Origin: Fluoribacter dumoffii NY 23
GTDB taxonomy: Bacteria > Pseudomonadota > Gammaproteobacteria > Legionellales > Legionellaceae
NCBI RefSeq assembly: GCF_000236165.1
Contig: NZ_CM001373.1
Span: 397,677-421,676 of the forward strand
DNA length: 24,000 bases
Reading direction: 5' to 3'
The notes under the pieces: generated by a model
Seen by the model: the letters and a program-made list of their open reading frames with translations, nothing else
What the model was told of the DNA's origin: nothing
Database searches by the model: none
Made by a program: the position numbers and the translations under genes
Part shown: positions 23,731 to 24,000 of the stretch, piece after piece
Layout: the number at the start of each line of letters is the position of its first letter
Numbering within the stretch: position 1 is the stretch's first letter

Positions 23731-23973
23731 TTAAAAACTGATTAATGGTGGGGTAGGTAACTCGTTTTTATCTTTTGCACAAAAGGATGCAATTGGTTGC
23801 TTAAAATTATATAGCAAAATTTTGCTTAGTGCTTGATTAGTGGATTGTTGATGTTGCTTGATATTACTGAAATAAATATCATCTGAATCAAAGCAACCTG
23901 CAAGTCGCAGTAATTTCAAAGTCGCGATTAGCTGGTCATAAACTTCAATCAACTCAGCTAATTTTATACTCAT
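23731..23973 (-). CDS. Hypothetical small protein (80 aa)
   Basis: ATG-initiated ORF with no recognisable motif. The hairpin TCCCC(23713-23717)/GGGGA(23726-23730) lies directly after the stop. Confidence 0.4.
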   Translation of the reverse strand: MSIKLAELIEVYDQLIATLKLLRLAGCFDSDDIYFSNIKQHQQSTNQALSKILLYNFKQPIASFCAKDKNELPTPPLISF

Positions 23974-24000
23974 GGGATTGCATACGATGATCTTTGGATA

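Overview
AT-rich, gene-dense bacterial window with a mosaic, accessory-type organisation. The gene content looks Legionella-like (Legionellales), but that is inference only. No rRNA, tRNA or CRISPR array was recognised.

(1) 15-9374: a compact polyketide locus. It holds one 1814-aa AT-less type I PKS (SDR/KR-like, ACP, KS, KR, C-methyltransferase, ACP). Tightly overlapping genes follow for a membrane fatty-acid desaturase, an unknown 196-aa protein, a metallo-beta-lactamase-fold hydrolase and a discrete FabD-type acyltransferase. A convergent TylF-family O-methyltransferase closes the locus.

(2) 9371-10714: a eukaryotic-like F-box protein with an apparently split Nudix box and a C-terminal transmembrane anchor. 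It is start/stop-coupled to the methyltransferase.

(3) 10.9-14.4 kb: a mobile-element remnant. It contains ardA, a small ORF and two overlapping paralogous tyrosine-recombinase genes, one with a complete catalytic set and one degenerate. The recombinase pair is bracketed by two direct copies of a ~100-nt conserved block. A 15-bp perfect inverted repeat and several strong hairpins lie nearby.

(4) 14.6-17.7 kb: a large beta-lactamase-family serine hydrolase and an orphan protein, both possible secreted effectors.

(5) 18.2-22.4 kb: a GNAT / MazG / deleted-phosphotransferase operon, divergent from an ABC exporter.

(6) 22.5-24.0 kb: a secreted avidin/streptavidin-family protein that lacks the biotin-box tryptophans, a PAS-LuxR regulator and a small ORF.

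The most unusual items are the repeat-bracketed active/degenerate recombinase pair, the orphan PKS locus, the F-box/Nudix-like protein and the Trp-less avidin homologue.
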